From: Camelus dromedarius
Lineage: Eukaryota
Assembly: GCF_036321535.1 (NCBI RefSeq)
Contig: NC_087436.1
Location: forward strand, 55,182,001-55,246,000
Direction: 5' to 3'
Length of the DNA: 64,000 nt
Shown: positions 13,560-27,149 of the stretch, piece after piece
Layout of the letters: each line of letters opens with the position of its first letter
Numbering within the stretch: position 1 is the first letter of the stretch
Position numbers and translations under genes: made by a program
The notes under the pieces: model-generated
Databases searched by the model: none
What the model saw: only the letters and a program-made list of their open reading frames with translations
What the model was told of the DNA's origin: nothing

Positions 13560-13790
13560 TTTTAAAAATGTTTTATTGAAGTGTAGTTGATTTACAACAT
13601 TAGTTTCAGGTGTACAGCAGAGTGTTTCAGTTATACTTGTACATACATATATATTTTTTCTTTTCAGCTTCTTTTCCATTATATATTATTACAAGAAATT
13701 GAATATAGTTCCCTATGCTATACAGTAGGATCTTGTTGTTTATCTATTTTATATATAGTAACATGTCTGTTAATCCCCAACTCCTAATTT
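13560..13790 (-). mobile_element. 5'-truncated cetartiodactyl-type L1 3' end
   Basis: 'tttattgaagtgtagttgatttacaa...tttcaggtgtacagca...atagttccctatgctatacagtagg...aatccccaactcctaattta' is the reverse complement of the 6499-6731 type. Confidence 0.9.
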
Positions 13791-16174
13791 AATTAAAGTT
13801 CTTTTAAAGTAGAATCACACCCTTATTTGTGTGGAAGCCAGGAAGAGAAAGGACTCTACCATGTTTCAAAATTATTTTTCAGCTTCATTTGATATAGTTT
13901 AGTTTAAAAATCCACTAAGATCTTCTAAAATTAAATTGGAAATTATATAATCTGATGGGCAGATCAGGCTTCATATCTGTACTGTAATAGTGTAGTAATG
14001 ATCAGGATGGATAAAATTGAGTCTGTCTTCTGTTTTTATTGTAGAATTCTTATTTTTGTCCAAAACCTGTAAAAAATAAAAGTGAGTGATTATTTTTCAT
14101 TTGTTTCTCAACGTGGCATTTTTGTCAGCAAAACATTTCTGAAGCAAAACATATCACAGTAGGGAGGGAATGGGAAAAGGAAGAAGGAAAAAATAAAGAA
14201 ACAAGGAAAGAAAAAGAACTGAATTCTGAAAGATAATGAGGTTTAGCAGCTGAAGAACATTTTAAGGTAAAGTAGTTACAAAAGTAGGGCAACAAACTAC
14301 TTATTATAAATACCAAGATGTACAAAAATAGAGCTAATTAAAGATTATCATCTATAAATAGGACAGAACAACAATGTCACCGTGGCTAGAAATAGGGGGT
14401 CAGAAATGAATATATGAATAAGTGGAAGGAGATTCGTGATTAAGGAAAAAAAGAATTCATGGTCCCCCATCCTCCCCTCCCCCCAACAAAAGGAAAAACT
14501 GAAGTAGAGTCACAGACCTAGTAGATAGGTGTAGTTGCCTTGGGCATTGTGGCCTAAGTTCCCCATTGTGGTTTAAGTCACTACAACTCCTAGAATTTTC
14601 TGTGGCTCATGAGAGCTCACAGAGTTGGACTTTCATACAGTTTATCTCAGAGCCATTGGTATAATGGGGGTGAAAGTGCTTTGTGGACACTATGTGCTCC
14701 ATGAAAATATAATGCATGGATGAATTAATTGATTAACAAATGCAAAAAATGCATATAACTTTAGGGTTGTATGTCTCAGATGTGACCAAATAATCCCCAT
14801 CTCAGACAAGAATTAATTAATTTTATATAGTTCCCATTACATACAAGCACATTAACAGGATTTATTTGTAGGAATATAAAGACTATTTTAAAAATCTTAT
14901 AAATGAATACCGAACAAAATAGTATATGTTAAAAATATAGAAGGAACTTATCATTACAGACTTCCTAGCAATGTTGTGAGTACCTAGAAACATCCCCCAG
15001 GTTGCATATATTTGTCAATTTACCTAAAGAATTTTTGTTTTTCTTTTAGCTCTTCCAAATCTAATATGCCTAAAAGACAGAAACTATATTTGGGAAGTAT
15101 ATAGATAAAAGGAGAATAAAATGTGCACTTTTTAATTATCTTATAAGTTTTAATCAATGTTAAGAGGCTCATTTTCTTAAAATTAACTATGTAGTACTAT
15201 CTATAGTAAGAGTGTTTCCAGAATCTTGAAAGCTAGAGGAACATTTTTCTTAACAAATGCTCTGGTCTTGCTAATCTTGATTTTGTTTTAAGAATAAGGG
15301 AAACCTTTTAAGGGAATTTTTTTTTTAAGATTAGCAGTTAGATTGTTAGTGGAATGTTGATGAAAACCCCAGTATAAAAGATGAGTGGTGCAAGAACATG
15401 TGATTTCTTTCCCAGCTCTTGTCCAAAAGCCCATTAGTGAAATGTATTACTGGCAGGGAATAGAACAGAACAGGGCAGGAGAAAAGAATCACTAGGATAC
15501 ATAGGCTACTTCTGTACCAACTCTGGTAACATCTTTGGGTTTTGTTGAGTTTTTCATTTAGCTAAACAAACTTGGAATATTTAGCAGGTGTGTTAGTGCA
15601 TGAGTGTGTGTGTACATGTACGTAGCCTCTTCCTACTATACTAACAATCTTTGAAAAATTGTGACATTGAGTCAGAAATTAGGAATTTCAATATGTTAAA
15701 AGACAAAATTAAATTTTTAAATGTTCCTCTAAATGAATATCTACTCAATTTTCCCTATAAGGCAAACTCTTCCACCAACATTAAGTATTTTCCATTTGTT
15801 ATACAAAAACAGACTATGTAAAGCTATGATTGTCAGTATACGAATACAGAGTTTATGATGAATTTATTTGAATAAAATTCCCAAATTCCCAGGTAGAAAC
15901 AAATAATCTGTTGAAAATATTCCTAATAAATGATGAATGGAGTATTGCTGTACATTAGCTTTGCTGTTCAAACACATGAGCATTATGTAAACATAATTAT
16001 TCTCCATAAGACAAAACTACTGGCTTATATCTGGCTACAGATATCTTAGAAATTTCTTTCTGATAAGTAACATCTTGCTGGAATCTGTTAGTTCTAAATT
16101 GGAACTAAAAATGGATTTTTCTTATGTATTTTAAATTCATATTTTCTATTGAATGCTGAGTTTATACTATACCT

Positions 16175-16325
16175 TTTAGAAAAAGACCTCAATGATCACT
16201 AAATCCTACTCCTTCATTTTACAAATGAAAGAACTTACTACTAGAAAAAAATGAAATGACAATTTCAGTGGCACATAGATATTGGAAAATTCAGTTCTAG
16301 AATTCCTGGCTAAACTCTCTTTCAA
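16175..16325 (-). mobile_element. MIR fragment
   Basis: 'gacctcaatgatcact...cttcattttacaaatgaaagaact'. Confidence 0.6.
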
Positions 16326-18797
16326 TAAAAGGATTCCCATGTCTATAGTCAGGTAAATTTATATCAGAAAGATTTTTAGTGAATGAAAGACCACATTTTG
16401 GCATTAATGTATTTTCTTTGATACGTTGTTGATATGATGACTAATTAATATTTTCAGAGTAATAACTGAAGCAAATAAAAGGTAAATAAATCACTACATA
16501 GATGATTGATGTAACTCAGTAATGGGGATAATTATATAAGCCTTCAGGTTCCTGGGTATCTTTTAAAAGTATCATGTTTTATGACCAAAAAAAGGAATCG
16601 GTGAATATACTTACATCAGCCACCTAATGAAGAGGCTTTAAATTCAGTACCATTGAATCTGCCAGCTTTAAAAGAAAATCAGAGGCAACTGAGGAAGATA
16701 CTGAAATTAGATGTATAGCAAAAGAAAATGTGGTTTCAGAATTTTTGGACTAGGCCTCTATAAACCAAATTTAGCTTAAATTACAATTCTTTACTTCTTT
16801 GGTATTCAGCAGCAACAAAAGCCACCTGACAATCATTTGAATCCCTCCTGCGGTTTAAAGTGTCCAAGGAAAAGAAACATGACATTGTACTTTATTGTTT
16901 CATTTCAGTGAGCTTACTTTAGGGTCCTAAAAATAGAAGATAACATGACAAGAATTACCAATAGCTTTTAAATATTATTTGTCTATTTACAGCCTGCTTT
17001 TTTTTCCTCACAAAATTTCTGTTATCTTTTAAATTGATTGCTGACTGTTTAGATGAATATAACTCTACTAAGAAAAACTCACTTAACACATGAAATTTTC
17101 TATCTATAATAAACAAATATAAGAGGAATAGAGTATAACAGCCAATACTGATTGTTTTAAAATATACTTACAAAATTATACATAGCCAATATTAGATAGT
17201 CTACAGCAAGGTTTCAGTGTTCCTTTGAATGTTATTATTTTATTATAAATCATAATTTTCTAATTTTGCCATTAGAGATATAAAAAAAGCATTGTTTTGA
17301 ATTGATGACAGAAAATCTAGAAGCTCATAGAATAATAAAGAAAAGTCATTTGATTTTAAATACTAGAAATTACTCAAACTAGATGATCTCTACATGTATA
17401 GACTTAGCCATGTATTATGGCATCAGTCACTATCTTAAAAAATGAGAGCAAGACCAAAAACTAAATCTAAAAGAGAAAAACTTCACATATACAGAATATG
17501 CATTTAAACTCATAGTGTAACCAATAAACATAAATGGTTAATAAAATATAAACCCCTTGAGTGTGTAGGATGAGTGTATGTTTAAGTAACCATCTTTAGA
17601 ACACACAAAAACCAGCGGTCTCCAAGTAAATGCGTGCTTAACAAATCTGAATCAATAGGGTCTTTTTATTAGATGAAGGACAATATGTGAATCACTACTC
17701 CAAATGCTTTCATTGCAAAAAGAGGGGGCATTTGCATTTTAGTTGTATGATTCATGAATTCCTCTGAAGAGTAATGCTTGAAGCTTTAAAGTAATATTTT
17801 AAAGTCAGTATATTGGAAAACTCTGAATTGCCAGAAAATGTACTTAAATTGTAACTATCTTAAATAGAAATTGGTAAAGTCAATTAGTCTCTACATGAAA
17901 TATATAGAGAAATAAATATTTGCTAATCCATTATATTCCATCTAATATAAAAAGCTCAACTCAAAAGATTTTCTTTTCTATTACAATTACACTTTAAACC
18001 AGTTTATTAGCACTAGATAGTATATCTGATAGATTTGTAGTCCTTTCCACATGTTAAAGGACATTATTAAAGTATTATTGTTGAACTTACAGTAAATCCT
18101 TTTATAGTAAGAGGGTTAGACATTCTTTTCTAGCATTCTGGATTTCAGGAAATATCATTAATTTAGAGGATTTTACTAGGATTCTTTAATGTGGTTTATT
18201 ATATATATGTATGTAGGGCATATAACAGTACAGTGATTTTCAGTGCATGTTTGGGTAAAGATTAAAATTTACAAGATATTACTATGTTACCATAAAACTT
18301 AGTCCATAGTCAAGTAAGTTAAGAAAAAGCAGGATTAATCACTTCAAATGATTTCGTTCATTATAGGACCTCCAAGAGCATTTAAAAATAACTAATTTTA
18401 TTTAAAATATTCAAAATTAGGATATGTTCTAAAAACTTTTCCAAGCTCATTTGGCCAATATATATTTTTTTAAGTGACATCTTATAGGATCAGTATTCAA
18501 CAGAAGTCTCTTTAGGAAAACATGTTTCTTTAAAAACAAAAATCTTGGGTTACAGGACATAATACTGTTTTGGATTTTAACAGCTGGCATTAACTACCTT
18601 TGGGACCTAATTTAGTCAATTAACTTTTTTCTCTTGATGTAAAACTTCAAATCACCTTCATATATTACATTTTGAGAATAAAAGGAGAAGATCATGTATG
18701 AATAAGTTTTAAGAAGAATATGACAAAACAAATATACATTGCCATTCAAAATATAATGAAGTGACATATTCTTTTTCTTACGGCCTTTTTGGCGCCT

Positions 18798-18967
18798 CAG
18801 TATTCTAGACTTTAGCTGTATATTAGAATCTGGAAACTTAAAAACAATCAAAGTCCAGACCCATTCCTAAATCAATTAAATGAAGATCTCTGGGTTAAGG
18901 CCAGACATTGATGTTTTTAAAAGCTCTCAAAATGATTCTAATGTACACTGAAGGTTCAGAAACATTG
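18798..18967. mobile_element. MER5-type hAT-Charlie MITE
   Basis: 'ctttagctgtatattagaatc...tttaaaagctctcaaaatgattctaatgtacactgaaggttcagaaacattg', ~170 bp with CAGT/CATTG-like ends. Confidence 0.75.
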
Positions 18968-19496
18968 CCGTAAACTGCATCTGAAGGGAAAGAAATCAAC
19001 GTTGGAGCCTCATCAGAATTGTCTTAAAGGAATGTATTGTATCAGACAGTGAAGGAAGTCCCTTCTCTTAAAACGCTTATTATTTGAATCAACTTCACAT
19101 CTCATGCTAGTTACTGGAATTCACCTGGCAAAGATTCATCATGATCTGGAACAGAATCTGGGAATGGGAGGTGAAGCGCAGTGGTGGCAGGCAGCAAGTT
19201 GAAGATTGATGGCATTGATTCAAGTTGGTTTTAGGGATGGGTCAAGGAGGCAGAAACTTAGCTGAGTGTTTCTCACTAATAAAGAGCGGTATGGAAGAAC
19301 ATTTCACAAGTATGCAAGGTGTGCTTCAAAATATTCATGCCTGGTCAGTCCCTTCTCACCCTCGCTCACACACATCCTGCCCTGGAGACTTCGTTTTACT
19401 CGCATCTCTGCATTGAGAAGCACTAGCCTGGAAATTTATTTCAAATTCAGAATCTATGGTGAGTATCATACATCTTGGTTAAAATGTAGTTAATTG

Positions 19497-19532
19497 TGAA
19501 AATGCAAATACTATGAAAATGCAAATACTATG
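19497..19532. repeat. Perfect 17-bp tandem duplication (TGAAAATGCAAATACTA)x2
   Basis: Seen directly. Confidence 0.95.
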
Positions 19533-21387
19533 CTTTATTTATTTATTTTTTATCTTGGTGTCAAAAATTAGGATAAGAAAGGAAGATTTTAGAAATTTTG
19601 AGGGCCAGACAAGGAATGAAAATGAATGCTGAGTGGACATGAGCTGTGAAGGGAAAACTGGAATGCATTTGAGAAGCTTGACATATTGGAGGCAACTTTT
19701 ACCTATTTGATAACTTACTATCTACCTTATCTACCTTTCATAAGAAATGTTAGTGGTGGGCAGATATATCCAAAAAGCCATAGAGAAAATAAAAGGTATA
19801 CAGAAGAGTTTAGGGCCTGAAAAGATGTAGCCTCTACTAATGTCATAAATCCTTTGTCATTATTAAGACTCAAGGTCTGATTATATATAAGATCATATGT
19901 TCTTGTTCAAAAGAATATTGCCAGTGAACTTATTACAACACATAGCTGGACTGTTTTGGAAACAATAGAAAAGAGATCATTTTAACAGCATGGCTTCCCT
20001 CCTATTTAAAACTAAACAGCTATTAAACAAGTTTACAGTTTTCCAAGTTCCTAGTAGTCTGGTTCAGTGTGAGTTAAATGAATTTGTTCTCTTAGCAGCT
20101 TTTTTTTTTCCCATACAATTTTATTGTTCAGAATTACCTTAGCTAGAAACCCTTGCTCTTTCAGCAAGCCCTCGTAGTGTTGCAGCCATGAGTCAATAGC
20201 TCATATTGAATTTAGAGAAATACTGACTAACCCTATTGCTGCAAGACAGGATTTGCTTCTAACTAGCAACTAAATTGCCACATAGGCTAAAATCCATATT
20301 TCAAAATTATCACCATAATGTTAGCCTATTTGATTCCTGGACCTTGAAAATGTACTTACTATTCAAATATAGTGTTATTAAAAGATAACATTTACAAAAC
20401 TAAATCCAGGTTTTCTCATCTCGAGCTTCTGCTTGTCAAGTAATGGCAGCCTGGAAAGACTTACTTATTGCACTGAGAAGGCAGAGGTTGAGTTCTGGCT
20501 AACAAATAAAATAGAGATTTACTGACTCTAGTCAGTACTGTGATTCATACCTCAGTCTGTCTTAAACAGAATTTTTGTGGTTTGAGATAAGGATGGAAGC
20601 ATGTAGGAGAGAGTACCTGAATGCTGTGGCCTGAGCTGAGTTAAAAGGTATTAAAGAATCACAGAAATAGCCAGCTGGCAGTCCTAAAAGCCTGACTCAT
20701 GATAGCCACTCTAGTGACTGATTTTCCTGTATATCATCAACATTTTTTCAGACCTTCCCACTGTTATTGAGCTGCCAAAAATTTGTATCTTCAGTCCCTT
20801 ACAAACATTGATACATAAATGTTAATTAGGTTAAGACTTATATTGAGGCTGGTGCTCTGGAAGTAAAACATCTTAAAGGGTGCTCTGTTTAGTAAAACTA
20901 AAGTTCAGTGATGGTTGGATGGGTGGACTGAAATCTGTCAGATGACTTTTTCTCCACTAGGATCAAGAAATCTCAAAATTATAAAAGTCTTGAAATATCA
21001 CTCACCCAAAAATAATTCAAAGGTGCTCTTTACTTTAGAACCCAACATTTTTTTTTAAATTTACTTTCCTTCTAAAGAAATTGGCAAACAGTACAACCAT
21101 TCTTTGTACTAAAAAGAGTATGCTAAATATTTAACTAGTTCCAGTTTCTCACTAACAATGAAGAGGGGTATCTAGAATTCATTGACTGTCTAAAGGGAGG
21201 TGAAAGAAAATTACTAAAACTCAAAAGTAAATGCATGAAGAATAAAAGAAAATCAGAATGCTGAATAATATATTTGTTTGAGAGAGATTGAGAATTTTAG
21301 ACAAAAAAAGGTAGAAGGCATTCAATGTAAAAATCTTTAGTGGAAACAATGAAACTTCTGGCTCAGACATCTGTGAAATTCATAGGA

Positions 21388-22230
21388 AAAGTGAATCCCA
21401 TTGCTTTCTGGCCTTCATTGTTTGTAATGCAAAATCATTTATTTAATGTAATTTTGTTTCTCTGTACACAAATTTCTTTGTCTTTCAGCAGTTTAACTTT
21501 GATGTATCTAGGTTTAGATATCTTTGTGTTTATCTTTAATGGGACTTGTTGAGCTTGTTGGATCTGTAAATTGATATTTATGACATCAAATGTGGGAAAT
21601 TTTTGACCCCTATTCTTCAAATATTTTTCTACACCTTTATCTTATTTCTATCTGGTAGTCACATTACTCCATGTTGGCTTGCTTGATATTTTCTCACAGG
21701 TTTCTGAGCTTCTGTTTATTTTTCTTAAATCTTTGTTTCTCTCTATTCTTAGGCTTGAACAATTTCCATTGATCAATCTTCAAATTTGTTTATTTGTTTT
21801 TCTGTTGTGTTGAATATGCTACTGAGCCCAGCGAGTAAGTTTTCCATTTCATTTATCATATTTTTCAATCCTGGAATTTCCATTTGGATCTTTTTTCTTA
21901 TATTTTTATGTGTTTACTCAGATTCCCTATTTGCTGAGTCACTGTCATCATATTTTAATTTTTGAAACATCATTTCCTTTAGTTCTTTGAACATAGTTGA
22001 AAGAGCTGCTTTGGAATATTATTCTGCTAAATCCAACATCCGGCCGTTCTTATAGACAGTGTCTTTTTTTTTCTGAGTATGAGTCACACTTGACTGTTTG
22101 TTTATATGCCTTGTGAGTTTTTGTTGAAAGTAGCCATTGTAGGTTAACATATTGTATCAACTCTGTATTCTGACTTTTCCCCCTACACATTTTTATTTCA
22201 TTCCTTATTTTATTTATTTATTTGTTTAGA
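21388..22230 (-). mobile_element. Old L1M ORF1/5' region
   Basis: 'ttctggccttcattgtt', 'tctttcagcagtttaactttgatgtatctagg', 'tattcttcaaatatttttct', 'ctgctaaatccaacatc'. Confidence 0.8.
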
Positions 22231-22249
22231 AACCTGTCAGTGCTATAAA

Positions 22250-22569
22250 TGTCAAAAGCAAGAGGAGTAAGCATAAATAGGCTCTTATATGCCAAATTTG
22301 GGATAATTTAAGCATCAAAATAAGTAATATAATGACAATAGTATAATTTAAAATAAAGGCATTGATGAGTCTAATGGGAAGTACTAAAAAAAGAGGTGAG
22401 GGCACTCTTTTTTAACAGAAGGCCTTAGTATTAGTAGTAGTAGTAATAATAATGATAATAACAACAGCAATGAATTATAGAATTAAAATACTGCTATTTT
22501 GGAACTACCAATTTAATAAATAATTTAGAAAAAGATCATCAACGAATGACAAAACTATTGCTGGAATAA
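22250..22569 (+). mobile_element. Old L1M (L1MC4/L1ME-like) 3' region, left part
   Basis: 'gccaaatttgggataatttaagcatcaaaataag' and 'ctgctattttggaactacca'; appears to continue at 25021. Confidence 0.5.
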
Positions 22570-22583
22570 AATAGCAATCAGAT

Positions 22584-22738
22584 TTTTTTAAACATTTTTT
22601 ATTGATTTATAATAATTTTACAATGTGTCAAATTCCAGTATAGAGCACAATTTTTCAGTTATACATGAACATATATATATTCATTGTCACATTTTTTTCT
22701 CTGTGAGCTACCATAAGGTCTTGTATATATTTCCCTGT
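22584..22738 (-). mobile_element. Young camelid-type L1 3' end, 155 bp, perfect 14-bp TSD
   Basis: T tail then 'aacattttttattgatttataat...ttctctgtgagctaccataagg...ttccctgt'; TSD AATAGCAATCAGAT at 22570-22583 and 22739-22752. Confidence 0.9.
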
Positions 22739-22752
22739 AATAGCAATCAGAT

Positions 22753-25020
22753 ATTACTACATACTTGTTAGAATAGCTTAAAAAAAGTTTCAATTACTGG
22801 CAAAGATGTGGAGCAACAGGAAATCTCATTTATTGCTTGTGGGAATGCAATTTGGCAGTTTCTTATAAAACTAAACATAGTCCAGCAATTGCACTTGCAT
22901 TTATCCAACTGATTTGAAAACTTATGTTTACCAAAATTCTACATGCAAGTATTTATAGTAGTTATCACTAAAAATGGAAGCAGCCAAGATGTCCGTCAAA
23001 AGATAAATGGATAAAATCCGCATCGTACCTTCATACAATGGAGCACAATTCATTGATAAAGAGGGATGGTTGCAACAATATGGATGAATCTTAAATGCTC
23101 ATTACTAAATGAAAGAAGCCTGCATGTAAAGGTCATATATTATATCATTACATTTATATGAAATTTTGGAAAAGGCAAAAATATAAAGATGGAAAACATA
23201 TCAGTGGTTGCCAGGGAATTTGGGGAGGATTAAATAGATGAAGCAGAGGGAATTTAATTTCAAGGATGTGAAACTACTTAGTATGATAGTATAGTGGTAG
23301 ACACGTTACACCATGGATTTGTCAAATCAGTAGAATTTTACAACCAAAGAATGAAACTCAGTATGTACATTTAAATTAGGAGGTCAGGGGACTCCCAAGA
23401 TGAAATGCAAATGTTGCTAAAATAATCTATTGTGTTAAAAATGTATGGCATCACTGAAGGAGGTGGAGAAAGAACATGCTGACCCAAGTGACTTTTAACA
23501 AGTGGAGACTGTTTAAGACTAAAGACAAAAGGAATGGTACATAAGCACTGTACTGCAGTTGGTGAAGTTGTTTCTCATAGGTCTATGAGTTAGCCAATCT
23601 GAAACCACTGTTCTTGTATACTGAGACTGAACAAATACACAAATGAATTATGGACATTGGGAGCCAGGCTTCTCATTGTTGTAGTGAGAGGTTATAAATA
23701 AGCAAGAGAGCAAGGCTTTGGTTAGAATGAATCATTTAATACTGACTAAGTTGGAGACATCAGTATGAATTCATGTTTGGCTTAATATTGACACAAATGG
23801 ATGTAGATGAGATGTATAAGTAATTATAAATATGGGTTTATACACCACATGTATCTATATAATATATGACATAAGATTATTAAGCTATTAATAGATTATT
23901 ATTATAATATATATACACATAGATATATTTCTAAGCTCTGTATTCTGAAAAAAACATAAAGCAATGACACCCCAGTAGTTATAAAAACATCCAGAACCCA
24001 AATCTTGGCTTCTAGTGGAAGGAAGGATAGCTCTTTGGAGAAATGGATTACAAGGCTGGGACAAGAAAGATCCAAGATAAGCCTGGAGTACCTTGTACCA
24101 GAAAGTAAGGGAGTGCTTAAAAACAAACCAATAGAATATATCAGAGAAGCACAAGTTAACTAGCTCTTATTGACCAAAGCTGGAACAATTTGAGCAACGA
24201 AATAAATAATGTAGAAATGAACTATAATGTAGAGTAAAATAAATATCTCTAAGTCCATACTGATACAAATAAATGATTGAATAAATACATGAAGTGGGAA
24301 GAATAAACAAGTCTCCACACAGAATTAAAAATAATTTATGAAGATATGCTTACTTTAGGAGGTGGAACATTGAACCCCATTACTTAAGTGTGAGCTGCCC
24401 ATAGTGATTTCCTTCCAAAGAGTAGAGTATAGGAAGAAAGAAAAGGAGGAACTTTACAGAGTGAAACATGACAAACACCATCCTTGCCAGGTGATCAAGG
24501 TTAATATTTGCAGTTGTAAGTCACGTTGGTAGCGTGCACATCTGATAGTGATGCAAATGGCACTCTACCTCTGTGGCTTTTCTTTCCCAAAGCCCATTAT
24601 TCCAATCTAATCATAAGGAAAAAAATCAGCCAAACTGAAACTGGGAGATATTCTATAAAATACCTGATTAGTTCTCCTCACAACTGTCAAGTCAACTGTC
24701 TTGCCATACAAGAAAAGTATGAGAAACTGTCACCATCTAGAGAAGTCTAAGGAGACACAACTAAATGTAATGTGATATCGTGGATGGGTTCCTGGATTAG
24801 AAAAATAACATTAGATAAAAAGAAAACAGTCCAAAAAAATATGGACCTTATTTAATAACAATACATCAGTATTAGCTCTTTAATTGTGACAAATATGTCA
24901 TCCAGTGTAAGATGTTAAAAAACAGGGAACCTAGTTATGGTAAACATGAGAGCTATCTGTATTATCTTTATGCTTTTCTGTAAATGTAAAACTATTCTAG
25001 GATAAAACTTTTACTTAAAA
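22753..25020 (+). mobile_element. L1MC3/L1MD-like ORF2 end plus long 3' UTR
   Basis: 'ggcaaagatgtggagcaacaggaa', 'aagactaaagacaaaaggaa...taagcactgtact', terminal 'ttttctgtaaatgtaaaactattcta'. Confidence 0.85.
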
Positions 25021-25330
25021 GAAAACATTGGATAAAGTTTAGTGGGAAAAAGGATGTTTACCCAGTTCAAAGAATCACTGCACAAATTGTTTCTCATTAC
25101 AAGGGGGAAAGGTACCTTTATGATGGAGAAATCAAGAGGATAACACTTTGATCAAGTGATCAAATTTTTCATTGCCAAAAGTTGAATAATTATACACCAT
25201 ATGCCTCCTGATATGTTGTTGCACAGAGAAGGATACATCATCACTATTTCTGATAAAAACATTTAACTTGATCTAATCATGAGGATACCATTAGATAAAT
25301 CCACATTAAGTAATGGCCTGCAAAATAACA
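25021..25330 (+). mobile_element. Old L1M 3' region, right part
   Basis: 'tacaagggggaaaggtacctttatgatggagaaatc...caagtgatcaaa...tgcctcctgatatg...tctaatcatgagga'. Confidence 0.65.
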
Positions 25331-26689
25331 AAATTTTATTGGATAGCTAAAAATTTTCTTAGCTAGAGGGCTTCAGATTAAAGTATTCAGATTTTTACTT
25401 AACATAATTTGTTATCATGGGGTAACTGGAAAGAGCTTCTTAGAATAAGTGACATCAGGGATACAAATCTAAGGGTGAATTGGAGAGGATCACTTGGACT
25501 GAGTTGGGAGAACAGAATATATACTAAGGTCAATTAATGTGTTACTGCGTAAGGATAATGAAAAAATACATACTTTTCCTTGGAATTTGGACTGAACAAG
25601 TCACAGATGAGTAAGCATAGTGTCAATGGCATAAGGATGTAGTGTTTGAAGTTTACCTAATGCTGAAGCTTTGTGTTAATTCTACATATGACTGTAATTA
25701 GAAGTTTTCTTCTACTTCATGATCTCAGGTGTAAGTAATATTCAACCATTTTTCTCTGCTTTTATCATAGTCAGTATACCCACAGAGAAAGTAATCATGT
25801 AAACAGTTTTGGAGCATAAGATTTCTTTTAAAATGGAAGCGATTACTCATCTTTAAAACAATATAAATCTGACATAATCTTATTTTAATGTAAGAAATAA
25901 TTTTGTATCCATTTAACAGGTGGATCAGTTATGAAATCTTGGCTGACAAAAAATTTAAACACTGCTCTATAACATTATTTTGTCTGGTTATACAGAGGAA
26001 TTAGCCGGTTTTGTCTCTGAACCACTTTCACTATTTGATCATTAATTCCAGTATTGCTGATTACATTATATAAAGTTAAGTAAAAAGACAAGTTGTAATA
26101 AAGTTCTATAAAGTGACAAAGGTATAAAGACACCTTTCCACCACTGTGCTTTTTCTTATTTGTCAGACTTCAATAAATCTCTTAGAAAACACATATGTTT
26201 TTCACACATGCTGTAAATAATCCAGTCCTGGAAGTTACAGAGGTTGCATTCTTATCATCCAGCCCTGCGCTTGTATTACTCTGCTTGATGCCAGTTTTCT
26301 TCTTTCCTCCAGCTCTGTGACCTCTTTCCTAGCACCTCAGCACTGTAAATTTCTGCCAGAGCCTCCCTGGAATGGGTTGACTGTGTTATTTGACTTTGCC
26401 CTAAGCTTTGCAGGCCCCATGTGGCTGGTTATAAGAGGCAGTTGAGAACAGAGAAAAATGCAGTTTGCCAGCTAATACTGAGAAGAGACATAGCACAGAC
26501 AACTTGAGACTCATATTCAATTAACCTTCCCTGCCTCCCAGCATTTTCATGACAAAACTACTAGCATCCACAAAAAGTTATAGTCAATTCAGCAAATATT
26601 TACAGAGCTCCTACTGTGTTGGGGGGACACTCCTTAGAGCAAAGAGGTTAAGGGAGAAAGGAAGGAGGTGACTATTCAAGAGAAGGGGA

Positions 26690-26965
26690 AGAGTCAAAGT
26701 CCGGGCTTTGGAATTAAATAAAAGGGGTTCACATATTTTTAACTTTTCCCTCATTGACCTGTGGACTTAAGCAAATTAACTTCTGTAATTTTTTTTTCCA
26801 TTTGGATAAAGCTAAAGAGAATTTTTAAAGAGTAAAATTAAGTACACAAGCATTTTTAAATGTTGAATAAATCAATAAAAAAATTAAAATTTAGTAAAAT
26901 AGAGCAAATAAATGTAACATTTAAAATTCTGTGCCTGCTGCCTTGTAAGTGATTGAGAATAAAAT
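26690..26965 (+). mobile_element. MIR
   Basis: 'gggctttggaatt...gggttc...ctgtggacttaagcaaattaacttc...tgtgcctg...aataaa'. Confidence 0.6.
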
Positions 26966-27149
26966 TTGAATAAATCTAGTTCTGGGAAGCAAACCAGACT
27001 TTGGAAGTATGTGTAGAACTTTCTGAGAGGAGGCATTCAGATAGGATGCTCTTGGTAGGCATCAAAAGTCCAGGTTGTCTGGTGGAACTGAATTACGCAT
27101 TCATGGACAGGTTAGCTACAGAATGCCCTGATGGTACGCCAGAACAGAT

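Noticed and set aside
15030..15122. Plus-strand acceptor followed by AATAAA (terminal exon?)
   Set aside because: Both signals are common in AT-rich DNA; no upstream exons or coding signal
22385..22414. Hairpin with A/T arms resembling a terminator
   Set aside because: Short, imperfect, inside an old L1, and irrelevant in a mammalian context
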